Origin: Rebecca billardiae RCC1528
Taxonomy: Eukaryota; Protista; Haptophyta
Assembly: GCA_965240325.2 (NCBI GenBank)
Contig: OZ251243.1
Coordinates: 124,001 to 188,000 of the forward strand
Length of the DNA: 64,000 nucleotides
Direction of reading: 5' to 3'
Shown: positions 11,064 to 22,538 of the stretch, one piece after another
How the letters are laid out: each line of letters opens with the position of its first letter
How positions within the stretch are numbered: the first letter of the stretch is position 1
Position numbers and translations under genes: made by a program
The notes under the pieces: model-generated
What the model was told of the DNA's origin: nothing
The model's database searches: none
Seen by the model: the letters and a program-made list of their open reading frames with translations, nothing else

Positions 11064-13539
11064 ATGGCTGAGACGGAGCTGAACGATGACGAGCTCGTCG
11101 ACTACGACGACGAGGGGGAGGCGCTTGATGGCGTGGGCAACGCGGCTGCGGGCGACGTGAAGAAGTGCGCGCGCGCGCGACCGGGCACGCGCGCGCAGCA
11201 GCGCGGCGGTGGGGCGGTTGTGGGCGCGGCGGCGGCGGCGGCGGCGGCGGCCGCGGGATGGCGCGGCGCGATCGGCCTGGGCGGCGCGGGTGTGGGCGCG
11301 GCGCGCTGGCCTCGTGCTCGCGCGCACGCCTCGGGCCCGTCCCCGCGCCGTCGCCGCGCCTTGGCCGAGGCCGCGGGCGCGGCGGGCGGCTCGCGCGGCT
11401 CGGCACGCCGCTCGCGCAACCGGCGCGCGCGCGCAGCGGCCTGACGCCTGGCGGCGCGGCGCTGGGCGCACGCGGCGCGTGCAGGGGCGGAACATACTCG
11501 GGCATCCACCAGTCCGGCTTCCGCGACTTCCTGCTCAAGCCCGAGTTGCTGCGCGCCGTGGTCGACTGCGGGTTTGAGCACCCGTCGGAGGTGCAGCACG
11601 AATGCATCCCGCAGGCGATCCTGGGCATGGACGTGATCTGCCAGGTGCGCGCGAGGCGCAGCGCGAGCGCGGGGCGAGGGCGGCGGCGGGGCGGCGGGGG
11701 CCGAGCCGCCGCGCGGGCCGCGCGCCCGCGGCCCGCCGGCCTCGGCGCGGCGCGGCGGCGGTCGGGCGGGCGTGCGGCGGGCCGGTCGGCGCTCCGAGCG
11801 GCGGGCGCACTCGGCTCGGCCGGCGCGGCGCGCACGGCGGCGTGGCGGGCGGCCCCGGCACGCGCGCGCGCCGCCCCGCCCCGCGCCCACCGCGCGCCCT
11901 CCCCGCCCGCCGCCCCGCTCCCCCCTCAGGCCAAGTCCGGCATGGGCAAGACCGCGGTGTTTGTCCTTGCGGTGCTGCACCAGCTGGAGGCGAAGGAGGC
12001 GGAGACGTCCGTCATCGTCATGTGCCACACGCGCGAGCTGGCCTTCCAGATCCACAACGAGTTCGTCCGCTTCTCGTGCGCGCACGCGCGCGGCGGGCGG
12101 CGCGCGGCGGCGCGGGGGGATGGGCGGGCGCGCACGGGCCGTGCGCGGCGGTTGGTGCGGCGTGGGCGGGGCGGCGGGCTGCGCACGGCGGGCGCGCGGC
12201 GCGCCGAGCGGCGCGCGCGCGCGCGGCGGCGGCGCGGCTGTGCGCGCTGACGCGCGCGCGGCGCGCGCGACCCCCCCTCCCCCCGCCCGCGCCGCGCAGC
12301 CGGTACCTGCCCGACGTGAAGACCCGCGTCTTCTACGGCGGCGTGCCCGTCTCCGAGCACAAGCAGATCCTGAAGACAGACCCGCCGCACATCCTGGTCG
12401 GCACGCCCGGCCGTGTGCTCGCGCTCGCGCGCGACAAGGACCTCAACCTGGGCAAGATCAAGCACTTCGTGCTGTGCGCGCACGCGCGCTGCGGGGGCGG
12501 TGGCGGCGCCCCCGCCGCGTCCGCGCGCGCGCTCGCTCACGCTGGCCTCTCGCGCCTCCCCCCGCTGCTCCGCCCGTCGCCGCCCTCGCCGCGCGCCCTC
12601 CCCCGCTGCCACGCTGCCGCGCTGCCGCGCTGCGCCCCCCGTCTGCTCGGCTGCTGCGCCGCGCCGCGCCGCGCCGCGCCGCGCCGCGCCGCGCAGCGAC
12701 GAGTGCGACAAGATGCTCGAGCAGCTGGACATGCGCAAGGACGTGCAGGACATCTTCAAGCTCACGCCGCACGAGAAGCAGGTGATGATGTTCTCCGCGA
12801 CCCTCTCCAACGAGATGCGCGCGGTGTGCAAGAAGTTCATGCAGGACCCGATGGAGATCTACGTGGACGACTGCAAGCTCACGCTGCACGGGCTGCAGCA
12901 GCACTACGTCAAGCTGGGCGAGCAGGAGAAGAACCGCAAGCTCAACGACCTGCTCGACGCGCTCGAGTTCAACCAGGTCGTGATCTTCGTCAAGTCGGTG
13001 CAGCGCGCCATTGAGCTCAACAAGCTGCTCACGGAGTGCAACTTCCCGTCGATCGCGATCCACCGCTCGATGACGCAGGAGCAACGAATCCAAAAGTACG
13101 AGGCGTTCAAAAACTTCCAGCACCGCATCCTGGTCTCGACGGACATCTGGGGGCGCGGCATCGACATCGAGCGCGTCAACATCGTCATCAACTACGACAT
13201 GCCAGGTGTGTGAGCGCCACACTCGCCCCGCGCCGCGCGCGCGCGACCGACCGGCTGCGGCCCGTGCGGCGCGCACGGCGCGCACGGCGCGCCGCGCTGA
13301 GCCGCCGCCGCGCCCGCGCCCGCCGCCGCGCGCCGCGCGCGCGCGCCCGCGCAGAGTCGTCGGACAGCTACTTGCACCGCGTCGGCCGCGCGGGCCGGTT
13401 CGGCACCAAGGGGCTGGCGATCACGTTCGCCTCGACCGAGGACGACGCCAAGGTGCTGGAGGACGTGCAGGCGCGCTTCGAGGTGTCCATCAGCCCGCTG
13501 CCCGACGCCATCGACGTCTCCTCCTACATGACGGCCTGA
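11064..13539 (+). CDS. UAP56: DEAD-box (DECD) RNA helicase UAP56/Sub2/DDX39, 424 aa, 6 exons
   Basis: Exons 11064-11164, 11485-11644, 11930-12075, 12300-12473, 12697-13205 and 13355-13539 join in frame. Motifs [62 protein letters not shown]. Confidence 0.97.
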
Positions 13540-14843
13540 GCGCTGGGGGCAGCAGCTGCTGCTGCTGCTGCGCGCTGGGCGCTGGGGGCCGAGGGGCGGC
13601 ACGGCACGCGCTCGGCGGCGGGAGCGCGCCGCCCGGCGGGGCCAGCTGCCCGAGCCCACGGGCGCGGGCGCACCGGCCAGCGGCTGGCTGGGGACGGGCG
13701 CGCGCGCGCGTGCGCGCCGCCGCGGGCCGCGCCTCTCGCTCTGCAGCGGGGCCCGCCGGCGGCGCGCGCGCGGCGCGTTGCGCACGGCGCCCGCTTGGCG
13801 CCCCGACTGCCCCAAGCTGATCGCAGCCGCTGACCGACGACCGCGGCGCACGCCGCCGCCGCGAAGTGGGACAAGGCAGCCCGGCAGCCGGGCGGCACCG
13901 AGCACGCCCGGGCGCCGCTCCATCGACCATCGTGTTGTGAACACCAGCATCGCACGCAGCAGCCGCGCGCGACCCAGCCAGCAGCAGCGCGGTGCACGCC
14001 GCACGCCGACGACGGCCCGACGGGTCGTTCCGCCGTGGCGTGGTCACGCCTCACGCCAGTCACGGCGGTCACGCAGCGGTCAGGGGATCGATTAATATTA
14101 ATAAAACGAATATGGTCATCGCGGTCCGTGGTGGTATAATAGAACGACGCAAGGCAGCGTCAGATTGACGTCATATCATATCAGCAGCAGAATATGCGCC
14201 GTTAAATGGGCGACGCGGCCGCCTGACGAGTGACGGGCACCGCTGGCAACGCTGCGGCCGCTGCCGCCGCGCCTGCGGCACCGAGCCGCGCCGCGGTCCA
14301 GCGGCGCCGCTCAGATCATCCGGAGCGTGATGTGCACGGGTGCGGCCGTGGGCCAGTGCGGCCGGCACCGTCTCCCTCCAGCCGCCAGCCGGCGCGGTGG
14401 CGGCGGTGGTGCATGCCGTGAGTGGCTGGGCTCGTCAGAGGAGGGCGCAGCACTGAGCACGGCCGACGGCCGCCAGGCCCTCAGTCAATCCCACAGCGTG
14501 CGGCCGCGGTGTGCTGCCGGGCTGCTGCCGCTAGGGTGCTCGTCGAGGGGGGCGAGCCCAGCGCGTGAGCAGCGCGTCGCGTCGGGAGCCAGCTGGCTGC
14601 CGCGCGCGGCGCGACGCCACGCGCCGCCCGGCGTGCCGCGCAGCTTCGCGGGCCGCGGCTGCCGCCGCGCACGCCAGTCGCCCGCAGCGGCGGCCTCGGC
14701 GGCGCCATCCGGGCTGCGTGGGCACCGCACGCGGCGCGCCCCTGCGGCGGGGGCGAGCGGCGCATGTAAGCGAGCGCCTCGCGCGTCGAAGGCCCACACC
14801 CTGCGTGCGGGCGGGCCCCGCCCCTCGGACCGGGCGCGCGCGC

Positions 14844-15191
14844 TCATGCGCGCCTCCTTGCGCGCTCGGCGTGCGTGCTGCGCGCGCCAGGCCGCGCGGC
14901 GGGCGCGGGGCGCGCCGTCGCCGGAGGGGATGGCCTCGGCGGGCTCGGCGGCGGCGAGTCGCTAGCGGGTTCGCTCTTCGACGTCAGCTTGGTGCTCGTC
15001 CACATCGGCAGGTCCGAATCCCGCCTGTCGGTCGGGTCGGCCGGGTGCGGCCTCGACATGAAACTGCCCTCCTGCTCGTCGCCACCGCCGTTCTTCTCCG
15101 CAGCGGCGGCGCTGAAGCCGCCGGTGCGGTTGCCCTTCACGGGAGGGCTCTCCGGCGGCGGCGGCTGAGCAGATGAGCCCATGCACCCCAT
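14844..15191 (-). CDS. Small hypothetical low-complexity protein with N-terminal acylation motif (MGCMGSS)
   Basis: ATG at 15191, GC3-rich codons and an MGC start; no recognisable domain and the 3' end is uncertain. Confidence 0.45.
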   Translation of the reverse strand: MGCMGSSAQPPPPESPPVKGNRTGGFSAAAAEKNGGGDEQEGSFMSRPHPADPTDRRDSDLPMWTSTKLTSKSEPASDSPPPSPPRPSPPATARPAPAARPGARSTHAERARRRA

Positions 15192-16680
15192 GCTTGCGCA
15201 AGTCAGCGCCGCGGCTTGCGCGACGGGGCGACCACGGGGTGCACCTTGATGCTGGGCAGCCCAGGGCGACCAAGCACAAAGCTCAAAGCACCGGCTTGCA
15301 CCGCCGCGCGCCGGCGCGCGATTCAAGCGTCAACGCCCACGTCCTGTGCGGGTGAAGCTACTGACCCGGTGTGCCCGTCGCTGCGCTTGCCGTGGAGGGC
15401 TCTCAAGGGCCGTACGTTCCAACTTGCAGAGAGCCCGATGTGTCGGTTCCGAGCCAAAACGGGTACAGCGCGCCACTTCGTGATGAGTACTGAGCAGTAT
15501 TTGGAAACGGTTCGCGCATAAGTATGGCCGCGTATCATGACGATCTCGATAGTATCTCCATCTGATGTGGACCGACCTCCCGGCTTGCAAACCAAGCCCC
15601 CCAAAACGGGATGGCGAGCACTGGGCGACGCGAGGGCCCGCCTGCGCAGCGCTCCCAAGGCCGCATGCGGGCGTGACAGCCGTGCGCGGGCACTTTGTGG
15701 GGGCTAGAAGACCCGTAGGCAGCAATCGTGCCGCCTCGCCGACGCCCTCGCCGCCCTCTCCGCGCGCAGAGACCTGCCGGATGGCAAGCGCAGTTCTGGA
15801 GAAGGCCTGTCCGACGAGCGTGATGGGCACGCGTGCGCCCCTGGGACATTCAAAGGTCGGCTTTTTCGCGTCTGCGAGATGGGCATGGGTGTACTCAATA
15901 TCACTGCTTCGCCGGCAGCCATGCCGACATCGATCAGACCGCGCACACACGCTCGACAGCTGGCAGGCCAGCAACCGGTTGAAATGGCGGCGCGCGTGAT
16001 CACAAGGCTGTCGGCGAGGAGACCGCAGTGCGAGCCAAAGGAGGGCGCGCAAGACATGCATCTCGGTCGTGAGGCGTGCATGAGCCGCGAGCACGGGCAC
16101 GACGTGCACGGCAAAGCCCGTCATGCGCCTCGACGCGCACGCGCCGCGGCGGACGACCGAGCATGAGGGCGCGCGCAAGGCTGGCCTTCTTGGCGGCGGC
16201 TGTCCGGGAGTGCCCGCGCACGCGCAACGCGTATTCAAAGAGCTCCCGGAAGGCATCGACTCCTAAGGAGTAAGGGACGGTGCCTTTCGCCGCGCGAGGG
16301 GTTTTGGGGGGCTTGGTTTGCAAGCTCCCGGGGCAGAACAGCTTAAACAGCGGGGGCCTAGCGGCCTTGTCCCGGTGGGGCTGGTCGAACACAGCGCGGC
16401 GACGGGCGCCGATTGAGACTATTAGAGTCGCGCGCTGCTAATAGTGCTATAATATGGCGTATTAATCTTTAATATAATCTTATAATATATTCAGGGGGCG
16501 GCCGCAATGTGTTGTGTGAAGTTCCGATCGTCTTGTGGTAAGTTGTGGTACGACAGTTACGCGAGCCGGGCAGTGACTGACGATGAGGTGGTGGCATCGC
16601 ACATCGTCATCTGTGGCTAGCGGCTATTTCCTGCAACGGAGCCGCTGCGTCGCGGAATGCATACGTGCTGTGAAATATAT

Positions 16681-17081
16681 TGTTGTATTAATTCCGAATT
16701 TCCTCCGTGCACGATTTCTTTTCTTCTCCAGGCGCTTGGATCCAACCGCCAGGAGAGGTCGAGTCCCAGGTACTACTCGCTGTCGTACCTGCCCTCCCTG
16801 AACCGGCACGAGCGCGCTCGGCCCCTAATCCTATTGCATTCGCCGCTGTCCGCAGGCGAACGCAAGCCGCCGGGTACGTATGTCCGTTTTCCCCCGGCGC
16901 TATTGGTCTAACGAGCAGTAACGACCTATCAGTTTACTGGTGCCGTTTGCTTTTGCACCTGTGTGGGACGACTCCCGCACCGCCCGCTCGTCCGCACGGA
17001 CGACGCTGCTGACGACGTCCGCAGGGACACTGTGATAAGCCCCTGCGTGACCGGGGAACTGGTAAGGCGGAATAAACATCA
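16681..17081 (+). repeat. 5' LTR of copia element A
   Basis: TGTTGTATTAATT...GGAATAAACATCA, repeated at 22385-22538 plus 29918-30164. Confidence 0.95.
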
Positions 17082-19197
17082 TGAGCTCAATCGTGCGTAA
17101 CCACGGACCGCCGGGCATGGCCCACCCAACCGGTCGCAGCGCCGCGGGCGCCGCGGACAGCGGATCCGCGCGGGCGACGACGTCCGCGCGCGAGCTCGGC
17201 CTCGAGCAGCTGGGCGACAGCGCGAAGACCAACCAGATGCTCACTGGCGTGACGAACGAGTTTGCCAAGTTCGCAAGCTCCAACTCCAGCGTGAGCACCG
17301 ACCTCTTCACCAGAACGGGCGGCAGCCTGAACCTGATGCCGGAGAGCACGTTCGTGACGCTTGCGCGGCAGCTGCCCTCGCTCGTCCCGATCACGAGCAA
17401 GATCAAGGAGAAGAACGAGCAAATCGCCACGGTGGACGCGGCGACGCGCTCCAAGGAGAAGGTGCTCCTCGTCCGCGCGAAGGTCGCGCAGCGAGAGCTC
17501 GACGGCAAGAACGAGCCGATGACACCGGTACCACTCGCGGCCGCGCCGGCGTTCCCGCCCGCGGCAGCGCCCTCTGACGCGTCTGCGGACGGCGACGACG
17601 CGAGCAGCGGGCCGGCGAGCGGTCTCCCGAGCGTTGAGGCGACGGTGAAGTTCGATGGCATGTCCGTCACGGCGGAGGAGCTGCACGAGCTCGTCGAGGC
17701 CAAGCTCGCGGAGATCACGGCCGAGAGGGACATCACCATCGGTAAGATTGCGATACTCGGAGAGGGCTTTGCTGGCGTCTCCGCGCTCGACAGCCCGAAC
17801 CTGATCTACCAGAAGGTGTATGAGAACTCCGCGGCCGTGCTGCTGAAGCTGTTGAAGTCGACGCTGAACGCGGAAGCGCAGCAGTACGTGGACGCGTGCT
17901 CGCGGCGCAAGGGCATGGGCCCCTACCCGAAGGCTGCCGAGCAGCTGCAGGCGTGGTGGATTGAGCTGCGTGAGCTGCGCGACGAGGTGAGCGTCGACCA
18001 CCTGATGGACATCATGGCCCCGTACCTGAACACGGGGGAGAGCGAGCACAAGACATTCTCGGACCTGCCGTCGTACCTGGCGTACTCGAAGGAGCGGCAG
18101 CTCGTATTCGAGCGCCTGCGGGCGCCGGCCGAGGCGCTCGAGCTGGCCCGCGTGCTGCAGCCGCTGCGCAGCATGAAGGGCGACCTCTCGCTCAAGTTGA
18201 AGCTCGACAAGTTCCTCAAGATGCCGTACGCGGAGGTGACGAACGCGACGCTCGTCATGATGAACTCCGACCTCGCGAGCCACCCGCCGCGCGGTGTGAT
18301 CACCGTGGGCAACGTGAAGGAGCGCCCGCCCCCGCGCCAGCCGCCGAAGCAGCCGGCGCACGAGGTGTCCGGCGCGACGACGCCGCACGTCCCGCCAAAG
18401 CTGAAGTGCGACTTGTGTAAGGGGAACCACTACTACGGCAAGATGTGCTCGCAGTTCAAGCCGGACGGCCCGGTGCCGCCAGCGGTGGTCGCTGCGCGCG
18501 AGGAGCGCGCTGCTGCGCGCGCGCGTGCGAGGCAGGAGCAACCGGGCGCGGGTGCGCGCCGCGCCGCGGACCGCGGGGCCATCATCGTGCCCGCGGGTGT
18601 CCCCGGCCGGAGCATCGCACCGGGCGTCCGCGCGGTCCAGGCGATCGAGAACATTGACGAGGTGGAGCCTCACGACGAGGTGATCGGCGGGCGCGTCGCC
18701 GCCGCGGTCGTCGAGGACAAGGGGGGCGCCGAGCCGCCCAACCGAGCGAACGGGCGCATTGACTCCGCTGCCGACCGGTCAGTCGGCGGGATGTGGATGG
18801 TCGACGCCGGTCTTGTGGAGAACTTGACGGCGCAGAACGGCGCGCTCATCGGCTTTGATGGCGGGGCCGCGGCCTCGTCGCTCAAGGGTGAGATCACCGC
18901 GCGCATGCTGAGCGTGGACGGCTCCGACTCGCAGCTGATCAAGTGCGAGATCTGGATTGCCGAGGGCGTGGAGACCATCCTGCTGTCCGCGGACGCGCTC
19001 GCGAGCGTCGGCGCGACGACCACCATCTCCAAGTGGCGGCAGTCGTCGTGCGACTTCACGGACGTCGGAGGCGGCTACATCAAGATCGGCTCGGACGCGC
19101 GCGTCATCCTCGAGCTCCAGCCCGTCGAGGAGGCGGCCGCCGCCGCGGCGGGGCGCGTCGAGCCGGAGGCCGAACGCGCGCCCGCGCCCGCGCCTGT

Positions 19198-19235
<38 letters not shown>

Positions 19236-19261
19236 TCGGGCGCGCGCCGGGAAACGAGTAG
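17081..19261 (+). CDS. gag: Copia A ORF1: Gag plus aspartic protease (726 aa)
   Basis: Zinc-knuckle-like CDLCKGNHYYGKMC, protease motif IDSAA and later ILLSADAL. Ends CCG GGA AAC GAG TAG. Confidence 0.9.
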
Positions 19262-19306
19262 GGCCCGAGCGCGCGGCGGCTGAGCGAGCTGCCGCCGGGC
19301 GTGCGC
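19249..19306 (+). promoter_or_regulatory. Predicted -1 programmed ribosomal frameshift signal of copia A (G GGA AAC plus downstream stem-loop/pseudoknot)
   Basis: Heptamer GGGAAAC at 19249-19255 in the correct phase, 7-nt spacer, then pairing GCCCG(19263-67)/CGGGC(19296-300) and GCGGCGGCT(19273-81)/AGCTGCCGC(19287-95). Confidence 0.8.
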
Positions 19307-22300
19307 GCACGCCCGGTGACAAGGAGCTCGGCCTGTGGGCCGCCCGCTTGGGCACGACGAACAAGACTTTGCTGACTCGCACTTGGCGCGCCACCGCTGG
19401 CATGCCGGAGGCGACGATGGCGCGCGCGCCGCTGGACACGCTGTCCGGCGCGCACATGAAACGACGGCCCTTTAACCGGCCCATGCCCCGCGCGACGCAC
19501 CCGCGCGAGGTGACGCACATGGACGTGGTGTCCGTGTCGAAGATTGACTTGCCGATCGGCGAGGCCGGGATCCCGGTCGGCATGAAGTACGCGCTGGTGT
19601 GTGTAGATGACTACTCGCGCCGGATGAGCGTCTACTTCTGCAAGTTGAAGTCGCAGATACCTGACCTGATCGCGATGTATTTTCGCGAGATGGGAGCGCA
19701 CGAGCTGTACGGCTCGCACATCGAGCTTGGACCTGGGTTCAAGCGATTCCACATCCACACCGACGGCGGCACCGAGCTGAACTCGGAGCGCGTGTCCGAG
19801 CTGCTGCTGCAGCTTGGCCTCGCCGCCAACGTGACGAGCGCGCCCGACACTCCCTCCTCGAATGGGGTGGCGGAGCACGCGATCCAGACTCTGGTGCGCG
19901 ACACGATTGCGCGCCTTGCGATGACGGGCATGCCTGCCCAGCATTGGCACTATGCGATGCGCCACGCGTGCGCGAGCAGAAACCGCTTGGCGTCCAGGCG
20001 AATCATGCGCGACGGCGCGCTGATGTTCGTGACGCCCTACGAGCTCTTTTTTGGCAAGCCGCCGGACATGCGTCACGTGATCGTGTTCGGCGCCCCGTGC
20101 CGTGTGGTCCTGCAGGGACTCGAGAAGCAGCGGCGGGGCAAGCTGGGCATGCCGACGGTGCGTGGCCGCGTCCTCGGTCACGGCATCGACGGCTCCCAGA
20201 TCGACAAGACGTTCCGGCTGCTGCTGGGGTACGTCGTGCTGCTCGATGACGGGCGCGTGATTCACTCCAAGCACGTGTACATTGATGAGCGGTCGCTGGT
20301 CGAGGGGGGGCACACTCCGTTCGCGACCAGCTATGACGGTGCCGAGCCCGAGGGAGACGCCGCTGACGGCGAGCTCACCGACGAGGGCGACGGGCATTTT
20401 GAGATTGAGGACGGTGCAGCCGACGACGGCGGCGCTGCTGCTCATGACGACGGGGGCGCGGCGAGCGAAGCTGCGCGACCGAGCGCCGACGGCGATGACG
20501 CCGGAGGCGATGACGACGCACGAGCTGGTGAGTCCGCGGCGCCCGAGCTGCCGCGCGACTACGACCCGATGCGACGAGACCGAGCGAGGCGGAGCAGACC
20601 CGCCGCGCAGACGGTGCAGGCTGTGACCGAGGCAGCGTTCCAGGCCGCGGGCGAGGAACCTACCGAGGAGAACAGCTTCGAGGCATTCGCTGCGACGACA
20701 ATCGCGCGGATGAATGGTGTGCCGATCACCATCCCCACGACGTGGGACGAGGCGATGAAATCGCCCGAGGCCAAGCTCTGGATGCAGGCCTGCCATGACC
20801 ACCTCGACGCGCACGGCGTGAGACACACGTTCTTCGAGGTGATTGTTCCGGACACCACGCGCACGATTCCTGTCAAGTGGGTGTTCGACGTGAAGACGCT
20901 TCCCGATGGCGAAGTGATCAAGTTCAAGGCGCGGCTGGTAACCCAGGGGTTCCGCCAGCGTGAGGGCATCGACTTCAATGAGGTGTTCGCCCCGACGATA
21001 CGACCAGAACAGCTGCGGCTGATGCTCGCGGTCGCGCTCAAGGCCAAAGGCGTCTCGATGACGGACGCGGCGAGCGCCAAGATCGTGGAGATGCGACCCG
21101 CCGACGTGCGGCACGCATACCTGAACAGCGACCTGCCGGAGGGCGAGGAGGTGATGACACCGCTCCCGCCTGGCTACACCCCGAAGAGCTCGACGCCGCT
21201 CGGCTCGAAGGTGGTCGCGAAGTTTGTGAAGGCGCTCCCAGGCATGCGCCAGGCCGGGCGCGTGTGGTACCTACACTTGCGTAAGTGTTTGCTCGAACAT
21301 GGGTTCGAGCCGTGCCCGAGCGCGCCGTGCATCTACTCGAAGGCAGTCGATGGCGGCTACGTGTTCGTCGGTCACTTTGTCGACGATCTGCTGATGATGA
21401 ACATCTCGAAGGACAAGAACGCATTGGACGCGCTGATGACGGCGTTGCTGACGCACTACGAGATGCAGGGCGCGGACTGCCTGAGCAAGTTCCTTGGCGC
21501 CGAATTTGAGACCACGGTGGACGGACTTTTTACCCACCTGAACCAGTACATCGGTGATGTGTGCGAGCGCTTCCACCTGAGTGGAGAGCGCCACCCACCG
21601 ACCCCCGAGTGCAGCGAGACGCGCGAGATCCCCCGCCCGCTGCAAGCCCTCCTGCTGCGCGCTGACCGCCAGCACTACCAGGAGATGACCGGTGCCCTCA
21701 TGTACTGCATGACGACGTGTCGCCCCGACATCGCGCACGCCGTGAACATGCTGGCACGCCGGATGTCCAATCCCCGGCTCTACGACTTGACCGCCGCGAA
21801 GCGCACGCTCCGATACTTGCTCGGCACGCGTCGGCGCGGCATCCTCTTCCGGCACGCGACGCACGCACAACACCCTGATTTGGTGGCGTACGCGGACTCG
21901 GACTGGGCGAACGATCGTGAAGATCGACGTTCTACGACGGGATACCTTGTTATGTACAACGGGGTCCCGATCTCGTGGCACACCGGACTGCAGAGCGTGG
22001 TCGCGTTGTCTACGTGCGAGGCGGAGTACATCGCGCTGAGCGAGTGCTGCCGCGAGGTGATCTACCTGCGCGACCTGGTCACGTTTTTGAACGAGCCGGT
22101 CGTGGAGCCCACGACGGTGATCTACGAGGATAACCAGGGCACGATCGATTTGACGAACAACCCGGTGCACCACAAGCGCACCAAGCACATTGACGTGAAG
22201 TACCATTTCACGCGGCGCGCGCAAGCCGACGGCGCCGTGCTGATCCAGAAGGTGCCGACCGACGACAACCGGTCCGACATCATGACCAAGGCTACCGCGA

Positions 22301-22371
22301 CGAGTACTTTTCTCAAGCACGTCGTGGCGATACTGCATGCTGTTCCACCACCTCCGCCGCCTTCGGCATGA
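19249..22371 (+). CDS. pol: Copia A ORF2: integrase-reverse transcriptase-RNase H, entered by a predicted -1 frameshift
   Basis: In the -1 frame relative to ORF1. LWAARLG pre-integrase; IN DDE (THMDV, HTDGG, NGVAEH); RT (KARLVTQGFRQREGIDF, FVDDLL); RNase H (YADSDWA, STCEAEY, EDNQG, DIMTKA). Confidence 0.93.
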   Translation, partial: GKRVGPERAAAERAAAGRARTPGDKELGLWAARLGTTNKTLLTRTWRATAGMPEATMARAPLDTLSGAHMKRRPFNRPMPRATHPREVTHMDVVSVSKIDLPIGEAGIPVGMKYALVCVDDYSRRMSVYFCKLKSQIPDLIAMYFREMGAHELYGSHIELGPGFKRFHIHTDGGTELNSERVSELLLQLGLAANVTSAPDTPSSNGVAEHAIQTLVRDTIARLAMTGMPAQHWHYAMRHACASRNRLASRRIMRDGALMFVTPYELFFGKPPDMRHVIVFGAPCRVVLQGLEKQRRGKLGMPTVRGRVLGHGIDGSQIDKTFRLLLGYVVLLDDGRVIHSKHVYIDERSLVEGGHTPFATSYDGAEPEGDAADGELTDEGDGHFEIEDGAADDGGAAAHDDGGAASEAARPSADGDDAGGDDDARAGESAAPELPRDYDPMRRDRARRSRPAAQTVQAVTEAAFQAAGEEPTEENSFEAFAATTIARMNGVPITIPTTWDEAMKSPEAKLWMQACHDHLDAHGVRHTFFEVIVPDTTRTIPVKWVFDVKTLPDGEVIKFKARLVTQGFRQREGIDFNEVFAPTIRPEQLRLMLAVALKAKGVSMTDAASAKIVEMRPADVRHAYLNSDLPEGEEVMTPLPPGYTPKSSTPLGSKVVAKFVKALPGMRQAGRVWYLHLRKCLLEHGFEPCPSAPCIYSKAVDGGYVFVGHFVDDLLMMNISKDKNALDALMTALLTHYEMQGADCLSKFLGAEFETTVDGLFTHLNQYIGDVCERFHLSGERHPPTPECSETREIPRPLQALLLRADRQHYQEMTGALMYCMTTCRPDIAHAVNMLARRMSNPRLYDLTAAKRTLRYLLGTRRRGILFRHATHAQHPDLVAYADSDWANDREDRRSTTGYLVMYNGVPISWHTGLQSVVALSTCEAEYIALSECCREVIYLRDLVTFLNEPVVEPTTVIYEDNQGTIDLTNNPVHHKRTKHIDVKYHFTRRAQADGAVLIQKVPTDDNRSDIMTKATATSTFLKHVVAILHAVPPPPPPSA

Positions 22372-22538
22372 TGTCGAGGGGGGGTGTTGTATTAATTCCG
22401 AATTTCCTCCGTGCACGATTTCTTTTCTTCTCCAGGCGCTTGGATCCAACCGCCAGGAGAGGTCGAGTCCCAGGTACTACTCGCTGTCGTACCTGCCCTC
22501 CCTGAACCGGCACGAGCGCGCTCGGCCCCTAATCCTAT

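Noticed and set aside
15330-16400. Possible gene or transposase fragment left of the LTR nest
   Set aside because: No consistent coding frame or recognisable motif; probably degenerate repeat DNA.
18943-19261. Reading the ORF1/ORF2 break in the copia elements as inactivating mutation or sequencing error
   Set aside because: The same position, direction and a canonical slippery heptamer occur in two divergent elements with otherwise intact ORFs and near-identical LTRs.
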